Part shown: one piece after another, positions 9,529 to 20,008 of the stretch
Layout of the letters: each line of letters opens with the position of its first letter
How positions within the stretch are numbered: the stretch's first letter is position 1
Source: an uncultured virus (IMG/VR IMGVR_UViG_3300042564_004671)
Lineage: Duplodnaviria; Heunggongvirae; Uroviricota; Caudoviricetes
Strand: one strand, 5' to 3'
Virus record (IMG/VR): IMGVR_UViG_3300042564_004671
Length of the DNA stretch: 64,000 nucleotides
Notes under the pieces: generated by a model
The model's input: only the letters and a program-made list of their open reading frames with translations
What the model was told of the DNA's origin: nothing
Databases searched by the model: none
Made by a program: the position numbers and the translations under genes

Positions 9529-12500
9529 ATGAGTTGGAATACATCAGTATCAGGAATATCGTCAGCAGATTGGAGATTAACAACAATAGGCACTGGAGGG
9601 CCCACTCCAATTAGAATGCGTGTTAATAGTCAAGTATCACCATCAAAGTTAACAACCTTAACATATGTTAGTTCAACCAACTATCAATTTAAAAGTGGTA
9701 AAACTTATCAATTTGTTACAGATGTTTATTATTATATGAATAATTTAAATCCAAATTCAGCGTCCTTTTCGATATCAACTCCGATTGAAACAGTATCTAA
9801 TTTTCAATGGGATGAGAGTTTAGATTATAATAAATTTAAAGGAACAAGTCCTTCGATTTTAGGAACAGGAACATCAGTTGGTAGATTTCCAGGTATTACA
9901 AATTCTAATTTTTATTTTTACGCGACTCCACCAAGTGATATATCAACAAAAAATATTATTGAGTATAATGCTAATAATAAATTTGGAACTGCTAGTAATA
10001 CAGAAACAATTAGCGCCGGTATAACCAACTTCAATTTATCTGAAATGGATTATAGAATCCAAGGTTTTGCCTTTTATAAATGGGGTGATGCTCCATATTC
10101 AAGAGCCGGAACATCTTCTACTTTCACAGGAGCTTATCCACAAAATGGACTTGGGTGGACATATGATGCTAACTATAATTCTGGTGAGCTTTTACACTGG
10201 TATGACGATTCACAAGTTAATCTTAATCCAGTTGGTGGTGGACGAACAACTAAAATAGGATCGGTTGGATATAGACAAAATAATTATATAGCAAAATTTG
10301 TACCATATACTTACTTTAACTTCTCATTTAATTATCAAAATCAACATGGTGATTTTCCACTTGAGATATATTTATCAAGTACACTACCAACAAATAATCC
10401 GGGATCATTTTCAAAACCAACTAATGCGTTATTAATTGGAACACTAACTCAAAGTATTTCTGTAATAGCTGGTGTGACCTATTCATCTCGCTCATATTCA
10501 ATACCTCACAAATTCTTCTCATTAGAAGGTGGTAGATATATTTATTTTAAAGGACCATTCGTAGGAACCCAAAGTTCAGCTACATATAGTAGTATTTTCA
10601 TAACAGATATAGTGGTAGAGGGTGGATATCATCCAGGCAATAATGAGCAATATCAAACTTCAAATGTTACTAGTATAATACCATATGGACTAATTGGTGC
10701 AACATATTCAACATATGTTGGTAATGGAAACACAATAAACGCAACACAATCACTATCAATAAGTCAAATTAATGCAAATATAGGAAATGGAACTTTCAAG
10801 TCTGGTGTTTGGGAAAATGGAGTCTGGAATAGCGGATGGAGATATGATGATAGTGTTCAAGAATTTAGTAAAATATACCAATACTTCACCTACAATAAAT
10901 CAAAAAGATGGAGAATTCAAATAGAAGGACCATCAGACGCGGTAAATAGCTTTGAAATTGGAGATAAAGTGTCTATTGGTAATATAATAGCTATAGATAT
11001 TAATGAGAATAGAAAAACAATTAAAGGATATTTCACAATAATAGCCAAAACTGATTTTACAATTATTGTAGAATTTGATAATGATTTTCCTTTAAGAAGA
11101 ATAGAAAAAGATTCAGACAATCACAGAATATATGTAACTAAAAATGTATGGTTATCAGGGGCATTCTTTAATGGATATTTCAGAGGAGTTTGGAATTATG
11201 GATTATTTAGAGGATATCCAATGATTACTGAAATGTATGACACACATTGGGTAGATGGTATATTTGATGGTGGACATTTTAACACAAGCTACTACACAGT
11301 ACCTAAATTTGTTGATACTTTATTTTATCCTAATGAAACATTTGGTGGAAGAGTAGGACTTACATTCTCTAGTAAACACGGATTGGCTGTAGGTGATACA
11401 ATATTAGTAGATAAAGATAATAAAAATATCAATCCACAATATGATGGTGAAACGACTATTGATAATGTAATTAATGACTATCATATTGTAACTGCTTTAC
11501 CTTGGGGGAATGACTCAACAAGTGAAGGTGGTACAGTATCTGTAACTTTATCTAAAGGAGTTGTTCAAAAAATGCAATTTAAATCTAAAAATAGATCTAA
11601 AATAACATCAAATCAATCATTAGAAAGTACATCTGTATTTATTTATGACTCATGGATGGATGTAAACTACTACAATACAAGTGCTGTTAATATTGGAAAA
11701 CCTCAATCATTAGTAAATACTTTATCTGGAAAAGATTATTCTGAAAATAACTTATATGGATATCCAACAAATGATGTTTTAGAAAGCTCATCAACATTTA
11801 GAGATAGTTTTTCCACAACTATAAGAGAGTATAGTTTAGGAACAAAATATAAGATATTTAACAATTATATAGGCGATGCTGGTAATTTCCAAGAACAATT
11901 TGGAAGCACAAGAGATTACAATCCAATTGGAACACCTACCGAAAGTGTAGAGAGAAATAGTTCAGATAGTAAATTTATAAATCTTGGTTGGACTTATTCA
12001 AGATACAATGCTTCATCTTTAACATTCTCAAGAACTTTTGACCTAGGTGAAGAGGGAGTTATAGGACAGGAGTTATTAGTAAGAGCTATAGGAAGAGGTG
12101 GTATTTTAGATATTTATCCATTAACAGATGATGAAATAATAGCTAATAGAACAAATGATACAATAAAGAAATTAAGATATACTGCTATTGAGTTTGATTT
12201 AGTTAGTCACTCAGAACTTCTTGAGGATGGGGGTACTTTTATAGAAAGTTCAGTTCCAACTTTACCTATACTCACAAAAAAATCTTTATTCCCAACTGGA
12301 AGTCAAGGAGGATACCCTATACCAATGTTACATTTTAATAATATAAACACGACTCTAAGAAATATTTATTACTCAACTTTAGGTGCAGGTGGTGGTACAG
12401 TATCAACAATAATACCAGCATCTTATTTACCGATTAGTTCAAATGTCAATCACTTATCTACAAGTAAGAAAAGAAAAATTGAATATTTTTATAATAAGAA

Positions 12501-12867
12501 AAATCTATCAATGAATTTTAGTGGGTACGTTGGATATACTGTTCAATCAACTTTTAATTATGTAATAGATAACATTAAATTTATAGAGATTGATATGATT
12601 CCCTTTTTCCAGTATTTCGTTGAATCAAATATTAATAAAGGTATACAAATTCCTTTTCAAGGAATATCACCTTATATAGATTATAGTAATCCATTCTTTA
12701 ATTTCTTAGATAATATATCACTTGGTGTTAGCAGTATTGCTGTATCAAATTCAAATGTTGCAGTTAGTGGAGTAGGTGTTGGTGTTTCAACAAATAATCC
12801 ACCAGCAAATAATCCAGCAGGTGGATTATTTGAGACCGGAATAGGAACTGAGGGTCGAGGTGATTAG
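9529..12867 (+). CDS. large putative virion structural protein with WxxGx repeats
   Basis: 1112 aa; FKSGVWENGVWNSGW, WLSGAFFNGYFRGVWNYG; TAATATATA at 9513-9521. Confidence 0.6.
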   Translation: MSWNTSVSGISSADWRLTTIGTGGPTPIRMRVNSQVSPSKLTTLTYVSSTNYQFKSGKTYQFVTDVYYYMNNLNPNSASFSISTPIETVSNFQWDESLDYNKFKGTSPSILGTGTSVGRFPGITNSNFYFYATPPSDISTKNIIEYNANNKFGTASNTETISAGITNFNLSEMDYRIQGFAFYKWGDAPYSRAGTSSTFTGAYPQNGLGWTYDANYNSGELLHWYDDSQVNLNPVGGGRTTKIGSVGYRQNNYIAKFVPYTYFNFSFNYQNQHGDFPLEIYLSSTLPTNNPGSFSKPTNALLIGTLTQSISVIAGVTYSSRSYSIPHKFFSLEGGRYIYFKGPFVGTQSSATYSSIFITDIVVEGGYHPGNNEQYQTSNVTSIIPYGLIGATYSTYVGNGNTINATQSLSISQINANIGNGTFKSGVWENGVWNSGWRYDDSVQEFSKIYQYFTYNKSKRWRIQIEGPSDAVNSFEIGDKVSIGNIIAIDINENRKTIKGYFTIIAKTDFTIIVEFDNDFPLRRIEKDSDNHRIYVTKNVWLSGAFFNGYFRGVWNYGLFRGYPMITEMYDTHWVDGIFDGGHFNTSYYTVPKFVDTLFYPNETFGGRVGLTFSSKHGLAVGDTILVDKDNKNINPQYDGETTIDNVINDYHIVTALPWGNDSTSEGGTVSVTLSKGVVQKMQFKSKNRSKITSNQSLESTSVFIYDSWMDVNYYNTSAVNIGKPQSLVNTLSGKDYSENNLYGYPTNDVLESSSTFRDSFSTTIREYSLGTKYKIFNNYIGDAGNFQEQFGSTRDYNPIGTPTESVERNSSDSKFINLGWTYSRYNASSLTFSRTFDLGEEGVIGQELLVRAIGRGGILDIYPLTDDEIIANRTNDTIKKLRYTAIEFDLVSHSELLEDGGTFIESSVPTLPILTKKSLFPTGSQGGYPIPMLHFNNINTTLRNIYYSTLGAGGGTVSTIIPASYLPISSNVNHLSTSKKRKIEYFYNKKNLSMNFSGYVGYTVQSTFNYVIDNIKFIEIDMIPFFQYFVESNINKGIQIPFQGISPYIDYSNPFFNFLDNISLGVSSIAVSNSNVAVSGVGVGVSTNNPPANNPAGGLFETGIGTEGRGD

Positions 12868-13577
12868 ATTTTATTCTTTTTCAATAAAAGGTAACCAACT
12901 TTACCAGGCTCTGTTTTTGAAACATTACCCATAGCAGGTATTTTTGTCTCATCACCTTCTAATTTGATTTTAGTTATTTTTTGTTTTCCTAAAATTCTTT
13001 TCTCACCATTACAACTCTTACAAGGATTCAAACCAACTTTACCTTTACCCATACAGAATGAGCAATCATATCCCATGTATTTACCACTACCATCACAGAA
13101 GTCACATCCATCATCACCATCAAAAGTTTTAAGTATATTACCATCAACATCTTTAATAACTATCTTAGAAGACATATCTTTACCAGTTCCGTCACAAGGT
13201 TTACATTTAACATACCTTTCATATTCTATATTACCATCAAATGAATCATCAATATTAATATAGATATCAAGTACTTCTGTTTTCTTAAAGTTGTCTAAAT
13301 GGTCTTTACTTTTATGATAATCAAACTCAACATTTATTTCAAAAAACTCAAAATACTCATTATAGTTATTTCCAAACTTACTTTTAACATCATAATCTTT
13401 TCTTTGTTCTCCGCAAAGTATATCATATGCTTCTGTCATTTCACCAAAAGTAACTGGATCCCCACCTTTATCCGGGTGGTGTGTAAATGAAAGTTTATAA
13501 TAAGCCTTTTTTATTATTTTTTCATCGGAATTATTATCAACTCCAAGAATTGAATAATAGTTTTTATTTAAATTCAT
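12864..13577 (-). CDS. dnaJ: DnaJ-family co-chaperone (J domain + Zn finger)
   Basis: NYYSILGV...IKKAYYKL...HHPDKGG; CKPCDGTG, CDFCDGSG, CSFCMGKG, CKSCNG. Confidence 0.9.
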   Translation of the reverse strand: MNLNKNYYSILGVDNNSDEKIIKKAYYKLSFTHHPDKGGDPVTFGEMTEAYDILCGEQRKDYDVKSKFGNNYNEYFEFFEINVEFDYHKSKDHLDNFKKTEVLDIYINIDDSFDGNIEYERYVKCKPCDGTGKDMSSKIVIKDVDGNILKTFDGDDGCDFCDGSGKYMGYDCSFCMGKGKVGLNPCKSCNGEKRILGKQKITKIKLEGDETKIPAMGNVSKTEPGKVGYLLLKKNKI

Positions 13578-13779
13578 AGAATCCTATATTTTTTAATTTC
13601 TCTTTCATTTCAGATTTGTTTTTTGTTAAACCAACAATATCACAAACTTGTTTTGAAATACCACCAGATTCTATTATAAGAGCATCCGGTTTTGTTACAT
13701 AGTTAATTAGATAATCCAATCCTTGTTTAGCGGCAGATTCTAAGTTTTCTAATTTGATATATCTTTTATTAAAGCTCAT
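13564..13779 (-). CDS. hypothetical protein
   Basis: 71-aa ORF in an overlapping-gene operon. Confidence 0.55.
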   Translation of the reverse strand: MSFNKRYIKLENLESAAKQGLDYLINYVTKPDALIIESGGISKQVCDIVGLTKNKSEMKEKLKNIGFYEFK

Positions 13780-13969
13780 TTTTATTCAGTATTTGTTCAA
13801 TTTTATAGTCTCTATTTTTTCTAAAGTTTATAATAGAGAATGATTCTTCAGATCTAAATCCACAATGTTTACAAATATAAACGAGTGGTTTTGGAATGTA
13901 TCCATAATTAGAAACAGGTTCTGAAAGACTTGTTTTAATATCAGTAGATTCACATTCTGGACAATTCAT
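13769..13969 (-). CDS. Zn-ribbon protein with RxxKI tag
   Basis: CPEC...CKHCG; RDYKIEQIL. Confidence 0.65.
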   Translation of the reverse strand: MNCPECESTDIKTSLSEPVSNYGYIPKPLVYICKHCGFRSEESFSIINFRKNRDYKIEQILNKNEL

Positions 13970-14259
13970 ATATCTAATATCTGATTAATTTTTTTTTCTC
14001 TTAAAATTGCTTTATTTGTTCTTTCAAATTCACCTCTTTCATCTTTATAACCACAATCATTACAAATACTTTGTGATGGAATAGTCGGTTTAGAACCATC
14101 GGTTGGTATAAAAAACTTCCATTTAATATTCTTACTTTTACAATTCGGACAACCTGATAAATCTTCTAAAGTTCCTATAAATCCTGACTTTTGTAATTTT
14201 CCTAAATCATATGTTTTATTACTTTGATTAGGAAACAAACTAAGTAATTTTTTAATCAT
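13966..14259 (-). CDS. Zn-ribbon protein with RxxKI tag
   Basis: CPNC...CNDCG; REKKINQIL. Confidence 0.65.
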   Translation of the reverse strand: MIKKLLSLFPNQSNKTYDLGKLQKSGFIGTLEDLSGCPNCKSKNIKWKFFIPTDGSKPTIPSQSICNDCGYKDERGEFERTNKAILREKKINQILDI

Positions 14260-14443
14260 TACTTCTATATTTCTTATTAATATAAGCAGCTCTACTTTTA
14301 GCGGCTCTCTTTCTATCAGATTTAGGAATAAATTCTTTTCTATCTCTAATTTCTTTAATAGCTTTAGTTTTGTCCCATTTTCTTTTTAGAACTTTCAAAG
14401 CTTTTTCAATTGGTTGTTTACTATTTACTTCTACAATTAACAT
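14252..14443 (-). CDS. rpsU: 30S ribosomal protein bS21 (phage-encoded)
   Basis: 63 aa, MLIVEV...IEKALKVLKRK...IKEIRDRKEFIPKS..KR..K..A, the bS21 pattern, with a Bacteroidota-like MLI start. Confidence 0.9.
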   Translation of the reverse strand: MLIVEVNSKQPIEKALKVLKRKWDKTKAIKEIRDRKEFIPKSDRKRAAKSRAAYINKKYRSND

Positions 14444-14453
14444 ATATTTTAAT

Positions 14454-15260
14454 TTATTTTATAATACAATAGATTGGACAATGGTCCGATATTTTTCTAG
14501 CTAACTTTAAATCTTTAAAGTCATTAAAGAATAAGATAACATCACTTTTACTTAAAACTAGTAGTGATGATATAAAAAAGTTATCATATTCCATATTTAA
14601 CTTAACACCATTATCTTCTTTCATTTTAAGTGAAGTCTTTTTACCTATCAAGGTTGGTTTAGACCATTTTTTAAGTTCATTAAATCCAGGGTCAGATTGT
14701 GATAAATTTAAATCTCCCATTATAATTATTCTTTTATCCTTGTAAGTATTTTTCAATGTTGCTAAATGAACTGCCTCCAAAGCTGGATTTTTATCAGTTG
14801 GGACTAAGTGTTCACTGAAAAGATAATATTCATTATTCTTAAATATAAAAACTGCTCGAAATGGTTCTCTATTTATTTTATCTTGTATAGACTTCTCTAG
14901 TCCAGATTCTTTTAATTTAACTCTATTTTTTTTATATAAATAAGCGTATCTTTCCGAACCATCACCAGTTGTTGGATCAGAAACAACATAGTCCCAAGAT
15001 GTTCCAGTTCTATCTAATAAGTCATCTAATTTAGCAACCGCTTGTGCTCCAAATTCAGAAGTAGATACTTCTTGAATAGCAATAATATCGTAGTTTTTAA
15101 TTTTATTACAGATATAATTCATTGTAGTATCATTTTGTGATTTACTTCTACCAAAGTTTTGAATATTCCAAGATATTATATTTAGATAAGATGTGTCTGT
15201 CTGTGAATATCCAAATAGTGATATAAGACAAAATAGAATTGATAATTTTAATCTTTTCAT
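14454..15260 (-). CDS. EEP-family (DNase I-like) nuclease with signal peptide
   Basis: hydrophobic N-terminus; SWNIQNFG, IAIQEV, ERYAYLY, REPF, IMGDLN, YDN, ISDHCPI. Confidence 0.9.
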   Translation of the reverse strand: MKRLKLSILFCLISLFGYSQTDTSYLNIISWNIQNFGRSKSQNDTTMNYICNKIKNYDIIAIQEVSTSEFGAQAVAKLDDLLDRTGTSWDYVVSDPTTGDGSERYAYLYKKNRVKLKESGLEKSIQDKINREPFRAVFIFKNNEYYLFSEHLVPTDKNPALEAVHLATLKNTYKDKRIIIMGDLNLSQSDPGFNELKKWSKPTLIGKKTSLKMKEDNGVKLNMEYDNFFISSLLVLSKSDVILFFNDFKDLKLARKISDHCPIYCIIK

Positions 15261-15325
15261 TGAAAATTATTTTTTTGTAAATTATATATTTAATATATAC
15301 TCTTATATAAAATATATTAATAAAG

Positions 15326-16858
15326 ATGTTAAAAAGATACTTTGATTTTGTAAATGAATCTCTAAACTTAATACTAGAGTCCGATGTTGTTTATTCTAGT
15401 AAACTTAGAAATGTATTATCTAAAATAGATAGTGAAATCTCTAGAAAACTTATTGAGATAGAAAATAGAGACCTTCCAGTTAGAAGTAACTATTTTGATA
15501 TCATTTCAGATAAAAATGATATGGTTTCATTTATACCAGATAGAAAAGCTCAAGAAATACTTAAAGATGTTAAAGAATTCTGGAGATTCAATGGATCTGG
15601 CGGAGGTTGGTTAAAACACTCAGAATCAAATGCTGAATTGTTTTCTAAATTAGGATATGTTCCAGAAGGAAATCCTTATTCACCAAACTCAAGAGATATT
15701 GGTGAAATAGTTGCAGAAACTACTTCAGAAACATCTGGTAACACATATTGCTGGGTTAAATTCATGAATGGTACTGGAGAATATATTGGACAAGGAGTTT
15801 ATAATAAAGAAAAACTTATAAAAGCAGAAGGAATTAAAGAGAAAGAAGTTTGGACTAAAAGTAGACAAGAAATCGGTGTAGGTAGAGGAATTAGAGCTTT
15901 ATTATTAACAACTGGTGAAAAGTTTTTAGATAAAGATATTGAACAATTTGTTAATATTTATAAAGCAACAATTGATAAATTAAACGATAAGTTTAGTTTT
16001 TTTGAAGTTGTTAGTGGAACAGATATTCATTATTGGTATAATTATGATAATTATTACCAAAGAAGTGGATCATTAGGAAGTTCTTGTATGGCAAGTGCAA
16101 GAGCAAGTTGGTTAGAAATATACACTGCTAATCCAGAACAATGTTCAATGGTTATATTCAAATCACCAGATGATATTAATAAAATAGTTGGAAGAGCTAT
16201 CTTATGGACTTTAACAGATGGTAAAAAGTTCATGGATAGAATCTATACTATAAATGATTCAGATGTTCAGTTGTTTAGAGAATACGCTAAAGAAAATGGA
16301 TGGTATGCAAAATATCATAATAGTAGTACATCAAATTCCGATGCTTACGCACCAGATGGTACAAAAACAAACTTGAATTTAAGGGTTAATCTTTCTCAGA
16401 AAGACTACGACTATTTTCCTTATTTAGATACTTTAAAATATTTTACACCAGGAAGTGGAATATTAAATAACACTGATGGTGAATATGCACTCGAAGATAC
16501 TGGAGGTGGTCATTCATCTTGTGATTGTTGTGGTGGAAGTGGTAGAACTGAATGTGGTGATTGTGATGGAAGAGGAGTAGAAGACTGTAGTAATTGCGAT
16601 GGAAGTGGAAAAGAAGAATGCTCAGAATGTGATGGTAATGGGAAAAACACTTGTAATAATTGTGATGGTTCAGGAAAAGTAGAAGATGATGAAGGAAATG
16701 AGATTGATTGTGATGAGTGTGATGGAGATGGTGAATTAGAATGTGATGATTGTAATGGAAGAGGTAAAGTAGATTGTGATGAGTGTGATGGAGATGGTGA
16801 ACACGATTGTAATAGTTGTGGTGGAGATGGTGAAGTTGATTGTTACGAATGTAACTAA
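15326..16858 (+). CDS. protein with capsid-targeting-like leader, SCM/DRIY/PYLD domain and CxxCxGxG Zn-finger array
   Basis: MLKRYFDFVNE; GSLGSSCM, GRAILW, MDRIY, FPYLDT; 9 CxxCxGxG repeats plus a terminal CxxC. Confidence 0.7.
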   Translation: MLKRYFDFVNESLNLILESDVVYSSKLRNVLSKIDSEISRKLIEIENRDLPVRSNYFDIISDKNDMVSFIPDRKAQEILKDVKEFWRFNGSGGGWLKHSESNAELFSKLGYVPEGNPYSPNSRDIGEIVAETTSETSGNTYCWVKFMNGTGEYIGQGVYNKEKLIKAEGIKEKEVWTKSRQEIGVGRGIRALLLTTGEKFLDKDIEQFVNIYKATIDKLNDKFSFFEVVSGTDIHYWYNYDNYYQRSGSLGSSCMASARASWLEIYTANPEQCSMVIFKSPDDINKIVGRAILWTLTDGKKFMDRIYTINDSDVQLFREYAKENGWYAKYHNSSTSNSDAYAPDGTKTNLNLRVNLSQKDYDYFPYLDTLKYFTPGSGILNNTDGEYALEDTGGGHSSCDCCGGSGRTECGDCDGRGVEDCSNCDGSGKEECSECDGNGKNTCNNCDGSGKVEDDEGNEIDCDECDGDGELECDDCNGRGKVDCDECDGDGEHDCNSCGGDGEVDCYECN

Positions 16859-17268
16859 TCTATAACTTGATTAATTTTCTTATCTCTTATAAATGATCTA
16901 TATATCTGGAAATATTCAGATTTCTCAGATGCTATTGTTTCTTCAAAATTACTATAATTTAGTTCAATTTCAATTGAAAGTGGTATAAAATTACCATACC
17001 AATCAAAACAATCATTTTGTATTTTTACAATAGTGGATGAATTAAATATACTAAGAACCTTAAATTGATCAAAAATTATAATTGTTCTTTTATCAAAAAC
17101 ATCAATAGGATCATTGGTATACTTATTCATCCATTCTTTGAAAAATCGGATAGAATTTTCACAATTTGTAGTAACCTTTATATAAGACCTACCTGTTTCA
17201 GATACCATATTAACTTTAGATATCTCACCTATAACATTTAATCCATTTTTGTCATCTATTAAAATCAT
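16855..17268 (-). CDS. protein with weak tail-tube(gp19)-like features + RxxKI tag
   Basis: FFKEW...KRTIII...IEIELNYSNF; ends RDKKINQVID. Confidence 0.45.
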   Translation of the reverse strand: MILIDDKNGLNVIGEISKVNMVSETGRSYIKVTTNCENSIRFFKEWMNKYTNDPIDVFDKRTIIIFDQFKVLSIFNSSTIVKIQNDCFDWYGNFIPLSIEIELNYSNFEETIASEKSEYFQIYRSFIRDKKINQVID

Positions 17269-17555
17269 ATACCTAAATCTTTTAGTTTTATTTGTCTATT
17301 TATATTTTTAAGACATAATGAATAATCATAAATACTACAATTGTAAACTTGTTTACAATAATCATCTATTATTTTATCGCAAGTATTCCAATCAATAAAC
17401 TCACCATCGGGTATTAATATATTAAATATTTCTTTTGATTTAATACGCTCTTTATCTCTAGCAATAGCAGCCTTCTCATATTTTTGACAAAAAATAGCTT
17501 CTTGCTTTTCTTTCATAGCTTTAAGATATTCTATAATTAAATTATCAATTTTCAT
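17265..17555 (-). CDS. UVR (UvrB/C, ClpC-type) coiled-coil protein + RxxKI tag
   Basis: KQEAIFCQKYEKAAIARDKER; ends RQIKLKDLGI. Confidence 0.65.
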   Translation of the reverse strand: MKIDNLIIEYLKAMKEKQEAIFCQKYEKAAIARDKERIKSKEIFNILIPDGEFIDWNTCDKIIDDYCKQVYNCSIYDYSLCLKNINRQIKLKDLGI

Positions 17556-19293
17556 AATTAAGATTCACTTCTTCAATTGATGAGAATATTTCCTTATTTA
17601 TTTTTAGTATCCTATCAAACATTTCCTGGTTCAAAATAGCATGATGTACAACAAATATATTAATGTTATAATCGTTTGCAAATGACTTTAATAGTGCTAA
17701 AATAGAATCTATACCTTCTATGTCAATTGAAGAAAAAACTTCATCTAAGAAGAGAATATTGATATGCCTTTTAGTTCTAATTAACTTCAAATAAGCAATT
17801 AAGATACTAATATTTACTTTTTTAGTTTCTCCAGTTGAAAGTGAATCATGTTCAATTACAGAACCCAATTGTCTTATTTCAGCAGTGAATGTTTCATCTA
17901 ACTTAACATCAAATGGTAACATCATTTTTTTAATATTCTCAGATATAAAATGATTAATTGGTTTGATAATACCAGAAATGATAGACTTCTTAACACCATC
18001 TTCACCAAAGATACGATTTAGCTCTTTGTAATAAAGTTCTTTTTCTTTACAAACGGTAATGTTATCACTACTAACTACTTTCTTTTCCTCAAGCTCTTCA
18101 ATGGTATTTTGAAACTCTTGAATATTAATAGAAGGTGTTGTATTAGTAGGTGCTTTTTGACTAGCTTTCTTTTGAGTTAGTTTTTCAATCTCAGATTTAT
18201 AGCTTTTAAGTAAATAACTTAAATCATTAAAAGAGTTTGTTGTTGTTTCAGATAAACCCTTTAACTTAATTTGTCTTTCTTTTACTAATTTTATATTATC
18301 TTCAATCTCAGATTTAATTTTCTCATATCCAGCTTTCTTTTCAACAAAAGAATCTCTTAGCGTAACAAAGTGATCAGAATTAAAATCTGTTCTACAAGTG
18401 GGGCATTTACCAGAGTCATATAAGTCAATTTCTCGTTGTACATTTTTAATATCATTTTGTGTATTAATATACTGCTTTTTCTCATTATCCAATTCATTAT
18501 TTAATTCGGTTTCTTTTTCCTTGATTTTATCCATCTTTTCTTTCAAAGATTTATAATCATCTTTTCTAGAATTCATCTCATTTGTGATTCTATCAATCTC
18601 AGATTGAATATCTTCTTTCTCACGTTCTAAGGCTAGTCTGGCTTCTTCTTTTTGTCTTTCAATAGCTTTATCAATAGACCTTTGAATAGATGAAATTGAA
18701 TCATCTAAAGTTCTAATTTCTGCATCAAAAGAAGCTGCTCTAGTTTTATTGTTTTTTGCGATATCTTTTAAGATACCATTTAAGATATTGATAACTTCTA
18801 AGTTGAACAACTTATCTAAAAGAAGTTGTTTTTCCTCGTTTGAGAGTGAGATGAAGTTTTTGAAGTCATTAATAGACATTGATATAAACGACTTAAAAGT
18901 CTCTATATCCATACCAACATACTTTTCGATTTTCTCATCGACATTAGCTTTACCAGCTCTTTCATTAACTACACCATTTTCGGTAAGTTCAAGTACACTT
19001 GGTGATATACCTCTTTTTATTTCTACCTCAGTTCCTAATGATGTAAACTTTATACGATTTAAAAGTTCACCATTAATTCTATTTGGAAGTGTTGATAGAG
19101 TAGCCCATCTTTTTTTACGACCTCTAACTTTTCCGTAAAGAGTATAATCAAATGAGTCTAATAAAGATGATTTCCCAGCTCCATTGTTTCCAACAAGAAG
19201 TATAAGTTCACCTTTTTCTGTATTTAATTTTAAAATTTGTTCGTTGTTACCATAAGATTTAAATCCTCTAATTCCTAATTCATTAATAAGCAT
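17545..19293 (-). CDS. gp46/SbcC-like recombination ATPase (Rad50 family)
   Basis: GFKSYGN, GNNGAGKSS, Zn hook CPTC, LSTGE signature, LFLDEVFSSID, VVHH. Confidence 0.92.
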   Translation of the reverse strand: MLINELGIRGFKSYGNNEQILKLNTEKGELILLVGNNGAGKSSLLDSFDYTLYGKVRGRKKRWATLSTLPNRINGELLNRIKFTSLGTEVEIKRGISPSVLELTENGVVNERAGKANVDEKIEKYVGMDIETFKSFISMSINDFKNFISLSNEEKQLLLDKLFNLEVINILNGILKDIAKNNKTRAASFDAEIRTLDDSISSIQRSIDKAIERQKEEARLALEREKEDIQSEIDRITNEMNSRKDDYKSLKEKMDKIKEKETELNNELDNEKKQYINTQNDIKNVQREIDLYDSGKCPTCRTDFNSDHFVTLRDSFVEKKAGYEKIKSEIEDNIKLVKERQIKLKGLSETTTNSFNDLSYLLKSYKSEIEKLTQKKASQKAPTNTTPSINIQEFQNTIEELEEKKVVSSDNITVCKEKELYYKELNRIFGEDGVKKSIISGIIKPINHFISENIKKMMLPFDVKLDETFTAEIRQLGSVIEHDSLSTGETKKVNISILIAYLKLIRTKRHINILFLDEVFSSIDIEGIDSILALLKSFANDYNINIFVVHHAILNQEMFDRILKINKEIFSSIEEVNLNYEN

Positions 19294-19344
19294 TTATGTT
19301 ATATTATTTTTATAAATATTATATTAGAAATAAATGAATTGTTA

Positions 19345-19695
19345 TTACTTATCCTGAGAATTTATATCATTTTCATCAATTTCTTCACCAAATGAAGATG
19401 ATGTGTCGGGCGTGAGATGATCTGAAAAGTTCATTTCATCAAGTCTGTTAATAATCTCGTCATAAGGAACTACTTTTTTAAGTATAGATACTAATAAATC
19501 TCTATAACCACCCCATAGTTCAATTGGGCCTATTTCTCTTTCAATACTCTCATCAACAGTTAATGCTAGCATTACATCAGAATAATATAAAGTACCATCT
19601 GAAAAACTATTATTATAGTTTATTGAAAGTAAAACAAGAACACCATTTTCGTATTTACCAAGATAGTCTATTACATCAGCTGTTATATTAATCAT
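19345..19695 (-). CDS. hypothetical protein
   Basis: 116-aa ORF. Confidence 0.55.
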   Translation of the reverse strand: MINITADVIDYLGKYENGVLVLLSINYNNSFSDGTLYYSDVMLALTVDESIEREIGPIELWGGYRDLLVSILKKVVPYDEIINRLDEMNFSDHLTPDTSSSFGEEIDENDINSQDK

Positions 19696-19701
19696 TTGAT
19701 T

Positions 19702-19980
19702 TTAGATTTTTTCTCCTAAAATAAATTCTATCTTTTTGAATCTATCATCAGTATCAGTGAAGATAATGAATACCCTATCGATATCTTTAAATTCTTTTGA
19801 TTCGCCAGTAAATTCATTAACCATTACATCTTTTTTGTAAACAACATCAATTCCAGGTTCTTCACCTAAAAATCTACGCATATCTTCTTTAATCTGTGAT
19901 AGTTTCCAGTCATCATTTTTAAAATCAATCTTAGAGATGTAGTCTCTAATCGCCATTTCTTTCATTGAGCTCATATTCAA
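19702..19980 (-). CDS. hypothetical protein
   Basis: 92-aa ORF; start uncertain. Confidence 0.55.
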   Translation of the reverse strand: MNMSSMKEMAIRDYISKIDFKNDDWKLSQIKEDMRRFLGEEPGIDVVYKKDVMVNEFTGESKEFKDIDRVFIIFTDTDDRFKKIEFILGEKI

Positions 19981-20008
19981 AAGTATTTTTTTATTTATAT
20001 TCTATTTA

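Noticed and set aside
5968..11120. Short antisense or alternate-frame ORFs inside the giant genes (e.g. 5968..6168, 8552..8809, 10067..10258, 10917..11120)
   Set aside because: Shadow ORFs fully overlapping long genes, with atypical composition.
12964..19138. Opposite-strand ORFs 12964..13263, 13299..13490 and 18749..19138
   Set aside because: Antisense shadows of dnaJ and gp46.
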